This document shows positions 51,789 to 64,000 of a stretch of DNA of 64,000 bases, one piece after another. The notes under the pieces are model-generated. The model saw only the letters and a program-made list of their open reading frames with translations. It was not told the origin of the DNA and made no database searches. Source of the stretch: Adineta vaga (Eukaryota > Animalia > Rotifera); assembly GCA_021613535.1 (NCBI GenBank), contig CP075494.1, positions 16,058,001 through 16,122,000 on the forward strand. The letters are read 5' to 3'. How positions within the stretch are numbered: the stretch's first letter is position 1; every line of letters begins with the position of its first letter. A program made the position numbers and the translations under genes.

Positions 51789-52968
51789 AAAGAAATCACC
51801 AACCGTTATATATATAATAGTAACGTCGAGAGAATAGACTATTCCTGTGTTCGTCGAATCTGTATAAGAATTGTTATATCGGATTCGAATACATATAGCT
51901 ATTTCTTTTCTCGTTCTTGTATATAATATCAAGTCAACCAAACTATACAACGAATTATCGATATATTCAGCCAATTCTTTGCTCGTTATTATATGCAATA
52001 TGATATCGAGTCAACGCATCGGCTGATTCACGCGTCAACCAGCAAATTATTTCACTCGGTCTTATATACAATATGAAATCGAGTCAATGCATCTACTGAT
52101 CAAAATTCGTTTCATATATATTCAAGCGCCTTTCTTTTTCCTTTTCTTTCCTTCTCTATTACATTTGTTTCTTTTCCTTACCACACCACTAAGATTTTTC
52201 ACACGTCATTCCTTGTACATATACTAGAACTACACTTATTCTTCATCTTTCTACTTCTTTCTCTACGGACAAAAGACGTACGTCATGGGTCCTTGTTGTT
52301 TCTCTTTCAGCTTATATATAACAATGATACTAACCGTTGATTATATCTACTAGTGTTGTTTTATATAATAAAGCTTTGTTACCAAAAAAAAAAAAAAAAA
52401 AAGAATACTATCTATATTTAGCTAACTCTTGATGGTCTATCATATGAATATTTGAGATTTTTTAAAACCGTCTTGTACATTAAAATAAATGGTAACGCAC
52501 TCATGCGACTTTGGCGTGTCAGATAATGAATCGATTCATATAGGTCATATATTTCGCTCAAATTATTTATGAAGATGAGCATAAGATTCAGATTGAGTTT
52601 CAGTGGTCTACCACTATATATTTTCCGTTATCTAACGCATATTTTTTTGACGAATTATTTTGTGAAACATGTCCTTCTTTCTTGTTCTTCTATAATATAT
52701 ATAGTTCCATCGACGATACATAATCATTATTTTTCCTTTCTTGACGAAGCATTTTCCTATCTATCTCGGACGGCCGAGCACATCTGCGACGGACGTCTCG
52801 TTCATTTTCTATATATAGCGCGCTTTTTGTGAAAAGAAACGAAAAAAAAACGAACGACCTAAAAGTGAACATACAACAGTTATCGATAATTTCACAATAT
52901 TTCGAGAAACCTTTTCATTCTTTTATTTATTTCAAACTGTTGTTTTTGCATTGATATTTTTTGACATT

Positions 52969-54781
52969 ATGGCTTTTACACCAGCTGAAAAACAAAAGAG
53001 ATATCGAGAAAATTTGATAAAAAATGGTTTATATGGTGTGGCGAAAGCTAAAAATGCTATAAGAATGAAAGCTTTTCGTCAAAAATTGACCGGATCAGCA
53101 CGAATTAATTATCTGGTTGCACATGCTGATTCACAGAAACGTTATATGAAAAAGAAGTCTTCAAACGAGAAGTACGTTTGTCAACAATAATGGGCGACAG
53201 TACATTATTTTCTTTTTCTTTATTACCTAGTAATTCATCTCCAACAGTGCAAACAGTGGCAAAAGCAACAAAGAAAGTCAAGAAAATGTTGCCCAATGAT
53301 CCAGCTAAGAAACGACTAGTTATAAAAACAATTGCCGAATCTGTTGGACTTTTGCCAATACAAACTCATCCACGTGTTACAAGAACATTATCTTCGACAA
53401 CCAAAAATGTTATTCTTCGTTACTATGAACGTGATGATATATCATATCAATTGCCAGGCAAACGTGATACAGTCGTCGTCAGGGCGGTTGGTGGCAGTAA
53501 GAAAACTTTTCAGAAAAGAGTTTTGTTATATAATTTACGTGAAGCACATCAAATGTTCTTGCAAGATAATCCTGGTATTAGATTATTTTTACTTTCGTCT
53601 ACATGTCATTTTTGAGATTCATTGTCTTTTTTTCAGGCCTTTATGTATCACGTTCATTGTTTGCTCATTTACGACCTAAACATGTGGTGGTGAAATCTAT
53701 GATGGCTCATCGTGTGTGCTTATGTTTATATCATCAAAATGTCATCTTACTCATTGATGCGTTGTCGAAATTTATCAATGGTACAGCTTGTTCTAGTTTA
53801 CAAGAATTTACCACAGCACTCGTCTGTGATGAGTCCAATGAAGAATGTATGTCGTCTAATTGTCGTTATTGTTCTAATAATTTCAAATTACATATTGAAA
53901 ACAAAATCATTGATGAAAATATTACTTTAAAATGGTCTCAATGGAATAATACTCGTGGTCATGCTGAAAAAACAGAGCATACCGGTACAGTGAAAGAATG
54001 CGTACAAGTTTTGTCGACGAAAATAGAACAATATCTGAATCATGTATTTATTAAACGTAAACAAAGTCATTTTTTCGAAGAAATCAAAGATAATTCGAAT
54101 GATAAATCAATCATTGTTCAAGTTGATTATTCAGAGAACTTCAATATTGAAGAACAAGATGCTATTCAGTCAGCACACTGGACAACTAAATCAATTTCAA
54201 TTTTTACTGCACATGCTTGGTGTGGTTCATTAAATTTCTCATTTGCTTTACCATCGAACAATCTTACTCATGATAAATATTGTGTTAATGCTTGTCTTGA
54301 TTACATTATCAATGAATTAAAACAATATTTACCTGATTTGACAACAATCGTATTTTTTAGTGATGGTGCTGGCTCTCAGTTTAAACAGCGGTATTTGTTT
54401 CGTAATTTAACAAGATTATCCATTGACCATAATTTGAATTTATCATGGAACTACTTTGCTACCAGTCATGGTAAAGGCGTAGTAGACGCCATTGGTGGTG
54501 TTATTAAGCGATTAGTTTATCAAGAGATTATGACTAAAAACCGATGTATAAACGCAGGTGATTTCGTTCGAATTGCTAAAACTAAAACCAATACAATTAT
54601 TTTACATGAAATTACAGAAGTAGTAATCAATGCATCTGTACGAAAATTGAAAGATATATTCGATAATACAAAATCCGTTCGAGATACACGAAAGATACAT
54701 CATATAACCGTTGTTCGTCAAGATGTCATTGAATGCCGATTATATGGTCAATCGACACACTTTTGGACAGTAAATTTTTGA
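52969..54781 (+). CDS. Sola2-like DDD transposase, 3 exons, ~563 aa, intact
   Basis: Introns 53172-53230 and 53575-53636 give a continuous frame; DYSENF..QSAHW, FSDGAGSQFK and ATSHGKGVVDAIGG. Superfamily assigned from recalled motifs. Confidence 0.75.
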
Positions 54782-55557
54782 ACAAGAGTTGGTTGAAACA
54801 GATATTTTAGGTGTATTTTTTTAGAAATGTTCTTTAGGAGTGTTGTTTTTATCGTACTGTTATATCGAAAAAGTGTTGTTTTTTAAATAAATAGAAGATT
54901 TTCATCACAGCAACCAATATATACTATTCAGCAGCTAGTTTTACAAAAAACTGCGGAAAAAACTTCGTAAATGAAAAAGCTTTAAAAATAATACTGAGTG
55001 CGTTACCGGAATCATTCAACAATAACTCTTGGAAGAGATAAGATTTCAAAGGGTAGATTTATGGGTATCAAGCATGATATCTTAGCTCTCAATACATATA
55101 AAAATATTTACTTTCGAATGCAAAAATTTCGTAGCGGTATAAACTTCTTTGCATTGGTCTGGCTGTAGGGGTCCTTTTGAATGAGTGCGTTACCACGCTT
55201 TTTTAAAGCTATAAAACTGTGACAGTGCAACCCAATGAAGCGAGATTTTCAGTAAACGTAGGTTGTCTAAATATCTTGAGAACCTATAAGTTTCAGGTCT
55301 GCAGCACCTATAGTTCTTGAGATATAACTATCGAAAAGTGAAAAATGCTGAGTGTGTTACCTGTGGACATGCTCTATACAATTGAAAATGATTATAATCG
55401 AATCGTATATAAAATCAATTTCACGTTCAACTCCAACATGATCATTCCTTGGATTCATAAGAATTCACGAAGAAGACATTTACCAAGGGGTAAAGTGCAG
55501 AGCAGATGCCGTCAGCACCTCAGCACCTATCCAGCATCTCAGCATTCAGCTACTCGA

Positions 55558-55612
55558 TTGAGGGTGTAGGTCAGACTAAAATCTTAACCCATACCCACAT
55601 CCACATCCACAC
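55558..55612. repeat. Telomere-hexamer-like hairpin
   Basis: TTGAGGGTGTAGGT...ACCCATACCCACATCCACATCCACAC. Confidence 0.7.
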
Positions 55613-55706
55613 GACAATAAAGTAAAATACAAAAGAATAAAGTTTTTTTTTATTGAAATTGTCTAAGAGTAATCATGTTACTGATAGTAGTATTTATTGT
55701 TACATT

Positions 55707-56736
55707 CTATTCTCGATGAAAATTACCAGGTAAGAATTTCATTAAACCAACAATCATTGTTTCTCGAAATATACGAGATGTTAATGTTGATAAATAAAAT
55801 GATCTTACGTTAATTAGATAATATAAATTACTCGTTAAATCCATCGTAAAATATATAATTGTCCATTCCTCAGCACTTCTATTGTTATATACTGTTGTCA
55901 TATAATACCAATACATCGCAATCCATTGTAATACAAAGAAACTACTTACAAATACTTGAGTAAATACCATTGCAATAAATTGATTTCGAAAACGATTTTG
56001 ATTTCTCATTATTACTGCATTCTATATCAAAATATTTATTTATAAATAGAAAAGATCGACACTATATACTTACAACACGTTGTCGACTTCGTGAAAATCT
56101 TCGATAAGTAAGAAATACGAAAATCAACATGACTAATGGTGTTATTATTCCATGAATAAGAATATAAATAACAGAATTCATTGTTGAATTTATTGAGATA
56201 CATCCAAAACCGAGAGTAAAATCAGTCAAAAGAGGAGAATATAATGACATAACACAACTAATGATGATAGTGATGAAAACTATCAAAGGGACCATTTTTA
56301 ATTGAAAAAGTCGAGCCATTCGAGATGTTGGACTTAATGTACATGCATATCGATCAATAAGAGATGTTATTAAAAGGTTCAAGGATAATTGTGGTAAAAA
56401 CAACAAAGCAAAGAATCGCAGTTTACATGTCAAACTATTAAGTGAGGTTGATTCAACATTGTCCACAGCTGTTTTAAGATAGTTTGGAAGGTGATTGATA
56501 CCAAGACTGATAATATCAATGAATGAAGCCAAAAGAGTATAAATACAAAACGAATTCTTTCGAAGTGTTGGTTGAAGAAAAGTAAAAAGATTACCAATAA
56601 ATCCAATAAGACCAAGAATTGGAATAATGAGAGGAAGTTTATTAATAAATCTTTGTTGTACAACACTCAAATCATCGATTATTGATTTTGGATATAATAT
56701 ATCATTAAAAGAAAATGTTTGATTGTTTGAGACCAT
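55707..56736 (-). CDS. Rhodopsin-like GPCR
   Basis: GFIGNLF, TCKLR, SLIDRY and FYLSTLTSRIFRE; intron at ~56023-56072. Confidence 0.85.
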
Positions 56737-57628
56737 GTCAACAATATCAAATAAGTGAAGCAAAAAAGAAAATGTATTAGCAAATTAATATTTTTTTTTC
56801 TAAGTTTTATTTCAAATTATAATGCATAAACAGAACTGACAGGAAATTTTCTTTCTTCAGGATAATCTCATAATCATTTCAGATTATAAATAGACGAGAA
56901 AAAAAATATTTTAATTTAACTCTTTGACCACGGGCTTAATTTTTGAAAAGCAGGTAGTGAAAAAAAGAGATTTTTTGAAATAATCCATTAGTAACTTTCC
57001 ATTAAATTGATTTCCCATCGAGATGTATCACATGTATGTATGTGTATAACAGGTAGTATGAGTTTACAGCCATATGAGATACCCATACCCTCAAGGTAGT
57101 ACAATATGCATTAAAACTACAATCTTTAATTATCAATCTTTGTAATATAGATTACATTGGCCATATAAATTTTTCACTTATACAATGCGGTGGTTTTCTA
57201 CACGTAAGTTTTATATTTGCCATTGGATGATCATTGAAACGATATCTGAATATGGTCTGTAACCGTCATATTAATCCATTATGATGGTCAACGAACGAAG
57301 TTTAATAAACTGATGAAGATTAAAATCAGAAAGACGCTGTGTCAGACATTCTCGATTGTTGGAATTGAAAATTAACGTTAATGAAATGATCTCAGATGGT
57401 GAGATAAGGTTGGATACAAATGTAAAATCAGAATATCCGTACATTATGTTGTAGTGGAACTTAAAACGATCATAAGTACTGACAGCTGCATAAAGTTGTT
57501 TACAAACACAACGAATCGAACAAAATATTGTATTTATTGACAGTTTCTCAAATAGATGTTAACTTACACGTGTTTTGATGTTGAATATAACAGCAAAAGA
57601 GAAAAGTATATCGATTTTGAAGAAAACG

Positions 57629-60600
57629 TTAGTGAATTATTCTTCGACATGTTTGATACCATTGGGAAATCAATTCTCGAAATTGTCTTCTGTAAAATGT
57701 CGATGGAAGAACAAATATAATAAAAACAAAAGATGATGGAATAAATGAAATAAAATAACCAATAAGAAATAACGAAGAATTTCTTGATGTTTTAATACAT
57801 CCTGATAATAAAGATATTAATAAATGAGGAAATAATAAAAGAATTAAAATAATTGGACTTATTAGAAGTTGTTTATGTTTATTAATTTGATTGATTAATC
57901 GTTTTTGTGATCGATTTCTATTTCTAAGTGATACTTGTCGTCGAGTTATATTATATGTAATAAAAATAGCTGAAAATAAATTAACTAAAAATGGAATAAT
58001 AAAATGAAATAATTGAATAATTGTTGTAGATGTTTGAATAAATTTTGAATAATGAAGAACACACCAAACACGATTTTCATCATAATCATCAAATAAATCT
58101 CGATTAATTAATTCGAAAATCATTGAAATTAAAATCAAAAATGGTAAAATCAAACTAATCCATCGTGCAATTGATCGACTTCGTCTTCTATTAAATTGAA
58201 TTCCATAATAAACTGACATTGTTCGTTCTATTGAAACACAACTATTTAACCAATTACTCATATATAAAACAAGTCGAAGTAATGGTTCCATTAAAAGACA
58301 TCCAATTCGTAGAATTAAACGATCTATCGATGGATTTATATATATATATATAATAAACCAATATTTAATTAATAATAAACTAACAACAAATGTTGAAATA
58401 ATTGATGAAAATAAAAGATAAATTCCTGAACCTATTCGACGTGATTTTCGATGATGTAAAATAATATATCCAAAGAAACTATTAATTAAACCAATAAAGA
58501 AAATAGTAAAAATAAAAAATGTACTTAATTTAATTAATAATGATTGATTATTAAAAATTATATTTGGTCGAATTTCATAACGTAATAAATCATCTAATGT
58601 TAATCCAATACCTTTAGCATAAAATTGACATCGATTACCAAAGAAACAATCAATACATACACATAAGATACTTAGAAGACACATTGATTGATCTTGTAAA
58701 CATGTTCCACCATTTTCACAATAAACATTATCTTTACAAATGAAATTCATTTGATGATCAAATAGAAAACAATTACTATGATGTTCGCGAGTACATAAAC
58801 ACATGTAGAATTCATCAAAAAAACATTGTAAATTTAAATTATGTTGACAGGGTAATTGATAATATTTTAATCGATGAATACGTGGTAATGAAAGAATTTC
58901 ATTATTAAAAAGATTATTAATTGAAATACAACGTTGATAAGGACTAACTGATGTTGTTATATTAGATATTTCAAATTTTTCAAATACAGATAAATAAAAA
59001 TCTGATTGAAATTTAATTAAAATCATTCGAAAATTCAATTGAGAATAAATTCTAATAGAATTTTCAAACATTAAAACTTTCTTAAGTATAACAAGTGTTG
59101 GAATTAATTGTTCAAAATCTATCGTTTGATAAATATTAGCAAATATATACGATGGAATAGGAATATTTTTGAATAAAATATCAATTCTATTTTTAATATT
59201 TCCACATTTTGATCCAAAAAATTCTTCGGAACAAAAACAAACATAACTATCATTAATTCTTCGATGATCAATAACAACACAATGACCATTATTTTCACAA
59301 AATTTTTCTGGACATTTAAGTTTTAAACGACAATATGTTCCAAATTTTCCATCAGGACAAACACAAATCGATCGATTTTCAATTGAACCAATACAAATTG
59401 AATTCGATGCACACATATAACAATCAATTGGTATTTGACATTGTGCACCTGACCAACCAGAATAACATCGACAAAAATATTTCTCTACATTATAATATTT
59501 TATACAAATTCCATTAAAACATTGAATATTACAAAGATTATTTAATGACATTTGATTTATTGGAAGTGTTAATACAATTGTTAATCGATTAACTGGTAAA
59601 AAAAGAAATGAAATTTGAAAATACCATGTTAATAAATATTTCATTTTTAAACTTTTATCAAATGCATGAATACGAATTGAATAATTTTGAAAAAGATTTT
59701 TTGATCGATTTAAATATAAAAGATAAATATTCATTGATTTACCACAATGCATTTTCGATATATATGTTAATTGATGATATGAATGTATTCTTTCTTCATT
59801 ATTATCATCTTCAAATAAAATAATTATTAATGAATAAATAATATCATGATCAATACTTGAAAATAAAATAGTTAAACTAACACGTTGATTTTGATATTGA
59901 CATCGATTACCATAATAATTTGATGGACAAAAACATATGCCATTGAAATTATTTAATCCATATCGATAATAAACATATAAACCACGATGACAAATATTTA
60001 GTCTTAATGAAATATTTTCTATAAAATCTTCAATAATTTCATTTTCATTCAAATCAATTTCATTTGTTATATTTAATAATGGATAAATTAATGCAGTTTC
60101 TAATGAAATAGACGAAAGAAAATCTTGTGAAGAAATAATTTTTGTACAATTTTGTTCATCTTCTCCATTAATACAATGATGAATATTATCACAACGTGTA
60201 TAAATATTATTACATATCCAATATTCACAATCAGTTTCATCGGAATGATTTCGTCCATTGATTAATATGAATGGTAAATCAACAATTTGATTACAGATTT
60301 GATAAAATAAAAGTTTGTTAATATTTATTTCGAAAGATGAAGAACAAATTTTTTGTGAAAATAATGGTGAACGACATTGTTTTTCATTTGGACATTGAAA
60401 ACGAGATGTTTCATTTAATAGACAACTTAATTCATATGCTTGTTCATCATCATTTAAATAACAATCAGTTATACTATCAATAATTCGATATTTTGATATA
60501 AATTTTGATGAATTTTTACAATGATATAATGATGAATGATTTTTATTCATAGAAGAATAAAATTGAGTAATACAACCATTAAAATATGGTTTTATAATAT

Positions 60601-61813
60601 CAATCATTGATTTCCAATCATCTAATTCAATATTTTCTTCAAGACCCATGTTATTCCTATGCTGACAAGTTAAATTTAGATATGAATAATTAAATGTTGG
60701 TATTAAATAATCACATAATTGACTATCATAACAAATATAAGTTGGTTTAAGTGTTAATGTTTCATTTAGATCATATAAAAATCTCACATGACCAAAAAGT
60801 ACAGGTATTATTGGAAATTGTAAAAGATTTTGACAATCTATTAAATATTCTTTAAGAATAATTTCATGGCATGAAATGTTTTTAATTTGATTTAAAATTT
60901 TTGTCAAACAAATCATTCCTATCCAACATTTCAATGATAAATTTCCTTGTATAGTAATTGAATGAATTAAATCCATATGTCGATTATTATCACATTGATG
61001 AAAATCTTCAACACATTTTCCATTATTACATGAAAATTTTCCTTGATTTGGTGAACATTGATATTCTTCACATTCAAATAAATTTCCATGAAAATAAAAT
61101 TCTAAACAATTATAATCATCTAATAAATCCGAACGATCAAGACAACAGGATTCAAAAGATTGAATTTGTAAAAATAGATTTGGAATACACATTCCATTCG
61201 AACATCGATATTCATTTTCATTACATTCATTTAGTTCTAAATGATAACATTCTATTTCATCAATTCCATTATTTAAACAATCAATTCGTCCATTACAAAT
61301 TTCACGCCAATCAAGACATATTGATAATCCACCACGATTACATTCTAATAGAATATAACATGTTCCATGAGTTAAGATTATTTCAGAAGAATTCTCATTT
61401 TCATTAAATTCTAATAATGAATATTGACAATGAGAACCAAACCATGAATTTGTACAATTAAAAAATCTTTTATTTGATAAATTCGAAATAATTGTTTGAT
61501 CAAGATAATATTGATATTGTTCAGCTAAATCAATTGATAATGACCAATGAAGAATATCATCTGATGTAATATTTAATTTATTTAATTGTTCAAATGTAAA
61601 ATTGTTGTCTGATATATGATTATATTAATTGATAATTATGGGATTCTCATTATTAATTGGACGAATACAATATTTAACTATTTCAGTAAAATAATTTTCT
61701 TGTAAAAAATAATGTAAACAATCAAATTCATAATGATCTTTATCATTATATATTGATAATTCAGAATCAATGAAAATTATCAAAAAAAATGTTATAAAGC
61801 AAACGATTCTCAT
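57629..61813 (-). pseudogene. LDLa/EGF-rich 7TM receptor with a single in-frame TAA
   Basis: The signal-peptide ORF at 61813 is in frame with the 1187-aa ORF, and the only interruption found is TAA at 61627-61625. LDLa, EGF and 7TM (CVSIER) motifs present. Confidence 0.75.
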
Positions 61814-63117
61814 TATCAGTTTTAGTAGAATATAAAAACTACAATTACTATAATCATCAATACGTGAGATTTAGCTTCTTTTTTTTTTCTTTAAATAAAA
61901 AAAATATGATATTATCTAAATATAGAAGAACAACGATTGTGACTTTTTATCGTAGATTTATTCTTGATTTTATATGAAAAGAATCCAGATTATAATATAT
62001 AGAGAGAGAAAAAAAGTATTGTCAAAACCAAAATTAACATTTTGGAATATCACCTTTACAATGCTCAGCAAGAACATATCCAGTTTTTCCTTTAGGTAAT
62101 TTAATATGTTGCCATTGAACTATTCTATTAAAATATTTTTCCTCTTCATAGCAATCTGATGAATAAAATTTGCCATTATCAACATAAGTAATAATAGCAC
62201 ACGTTTTTGTTGGACATCGACGAACAGCACTCTTTTGAAAACATAAAACTTTACCAGCCTAGCGAATTATATAATTATAATATACAAAGATAGTTTATTA
62301 AAATAAATGTTTACTTCACATGGTATTGAAGCAAGAAGTACAAGAATTAAAAAACAACCAATGGAGAAATTCATTTTCGTTTTAGATTTATTTCAAATGT
62401 TAAACCGTTTTAAACTGAATAGTTTAGCTATTCGACAAAGTCTTTTATATGCTCGTGAATACAAAAATTTTAAGATTAAAGTATATACATATATATTATA
62501 TCACATGATGAAAACAGCGCAATTTAGAGTCATATGAATTGTTATATAGGTATGATGAAAGTTCTTAGTGAATTTGATATCAAATGTTTTTGTTGCATGA
62601 TTAATACATCTGCTGATATTCGTTTGTTCTTATCAAATTATAAATCATTATATAATAAGATTTTATTGCTTCATCTTTATTATTGTTTTTTATGTAAGTA
62701 GATTTATTGCGCTCATAAAATTTATTTGATGAATCATTAAATAATATCAGATGAAAACAAAAACTTTTCTTAAATATCGATTAACAATTCATATCGATAA
62801 ACGCAACTTTAAATCGACTACAGCATTCATCTCACTCTCACAAGGAATGATCTGCAATTGATAAATCGCTTTAGACCTGAAAGCTAGTGGAGCATAGGTA
62901 ATCGATGGTCCTGAATCAGAATCTTACTTTGATTTGTGCTGCTAGGCTTTGGAACTACTGGGTTTTTCAGAAAACTAGATAACAATGGAGAAAAGAGTTT
63001 TTTTTTCAAGTTTCTTACCGATAGAAGAGAACATTAGAGACCTAACTAATAAGTTAGACATCGTTAGTTTTTGTTCAGATCCTTCTTCAAGGTTGAATAC
63101 TTACGATCTAGTAAATG

Positions 63118-63418
63118 TTATGAAAATGAAAGTCGAGGAAAAAAATGTTTAAAACAAAGTTTCTTTGCACAGGTAACGCGTGTCTTCTCATGAATGAAGC
63201 AGACTTGATTGGAACTTAAGAAGGGAGTTGGATCAACTTTTCTAAAACTGGAAGCAAACCACGAATACATGATCATTTTTCGAAATACTGGAGTGTCTAG
63301 CTCTTTGGAAACGAGAGAGACAAGACGAATGATATCATTGCGTTCGTATAAATTACAATCAATTTCATCTAAGACCACGTGATGGTACACGTGTTTGACA
63401 AAATTCTTCAGTTGATGA
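63118..63418 (-). pseudogene. Pogo/DDE-type transposase C-terminal relic
   Basis: NHQLKNFVK..RNDIIRLVSLV..FRKMIMYSW..VCF..LCFKHFF; truncated next to the hairpin at 63419. Confidence 0.5.
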
Positions 63419-63459
63419 TTGGGGGTGTGGGGATACTAAGATAGTACCGACATCCTCAA
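63419..63459. repeat. Telomere-hexamer-like hairpin
   Basis: TTGGGGGTGTGGGGATACT..AGTACCGACATCCTCAA. Confidence 0.65.
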
Positions 63460-64000
63460 TTGTGTCTAAATATTTTGAAAATTTGTCAAATGTGAAAAAT
63501 GATGATGAAAAATTCATGTCTTTTCGGTACAAGTTCGATTTGTTTCTTAATTGCTCTTTTTATAAGTCATGACTTTTCATCTTTTTTTTCAGATATATTT
63601 AGAACAGTTTTTTACACAATTTAAGCGCTATCTTTTGATGAAAAAAATGTGTTTTAATCACAGGAATAATATAGGTGAAATTTGGAAATTATTAAAAGGA
63701 CAATTATTTATAGGCCACTTGTTACACAATAGGTGTTACGAGAAAATGATGCAGATCTTGATATCTTCAATAGGAAAAGTCAAATTTATAATCATCAAAA
63801 AGTGTTTTTCAGAGCATACTCACATTTTGGAGGAAAGAAATAGTTGGATCTTCATGGATTCATTGTAAAAATAGATATTCTTATATACAGATGTAAACCG
63901 TTTGGCTTTTAGCTACCGCCAGACGTTATCTATATAGAATTCAATATTTTTCGATATTTTTTCTTATCAAAAGTTCTTAGCCCTACAATGTTCAGTTTTG

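Larger units (their letters stand above)
47501..52399 (+). mobile_element. Full-length non-LTR retrotransposon, Jockey clade (Hebe-like)
   Basis: TSD AAAGAATACTATC at 47488-47500 and 52400-52412, poly(A) from 52384 preceded by AATAAA, and two intact overlapping ORFs. Confidence 0.93.
47145..55374 (+). mobile_element. Sola2-like DNA transposon (left boundary tentative) containing a LINE
   Basis: GAGCATGT ... ACATGCTC ends with TGTA/TATA flanks. GGTAACGCACTCA motif at 52491, inverted at ~54995, ~55182 and ~55349. Transposase gene inside. Confidence 0.55.

Noticed and set aside
62307-62700. Possible small spliced gene
   Set aside because: No recognisable domain or convincing exon structure.
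1-64000. rRNA or tRNA genes
   Set aside because: None recognisable by eye; tRNAscan-SE/Infernal were not run.

Overview
AT-rich eukaryotic genomic DNA with many short (~50-60 nt) GT-AG introns. The gene families and TGTGGG/TGAGGG hexamers point to a bdelloid rotifer (inference). Host-type genes: two tandem F-box genes, an orphan 3' part of VPS13, a divergent eIF5A, an ART-TPR protein, two rhodopsin-like GPCRs, an LDLa/EGF-7TM gene with one internal stop, and two Kelch genes. Probable horizontally acquired genes: a tetracycline-destructase-like flavin monooxygenase, a DYW-type PPR protein, an intron-containing YvgO-like stress protein and a STIG1/NIDO-like membrane protein. Mobile DNA is dense: a decayed piggyBac carrying a solo LTR, a hAT and a CCC-ended MITE; a CMC-like element with a BEN-domain gene inserted in a Kelch gene; a full-length Jockey-clade LINE just upstream of (probably inside) a Sola2-like transposon; a 674-bp foldback; and Helentron-like remnants. 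The two most unusual signals are (1) a convergent gene pair encoding a DED-TM-Cys8 receptor and a secreted protein made only of the same Cys8 domain, and (2) about 15 dispersed hairpins or half-sites built from telomere-like hexamers. All family assignments come from motif recognition by eye; no database searches were run.
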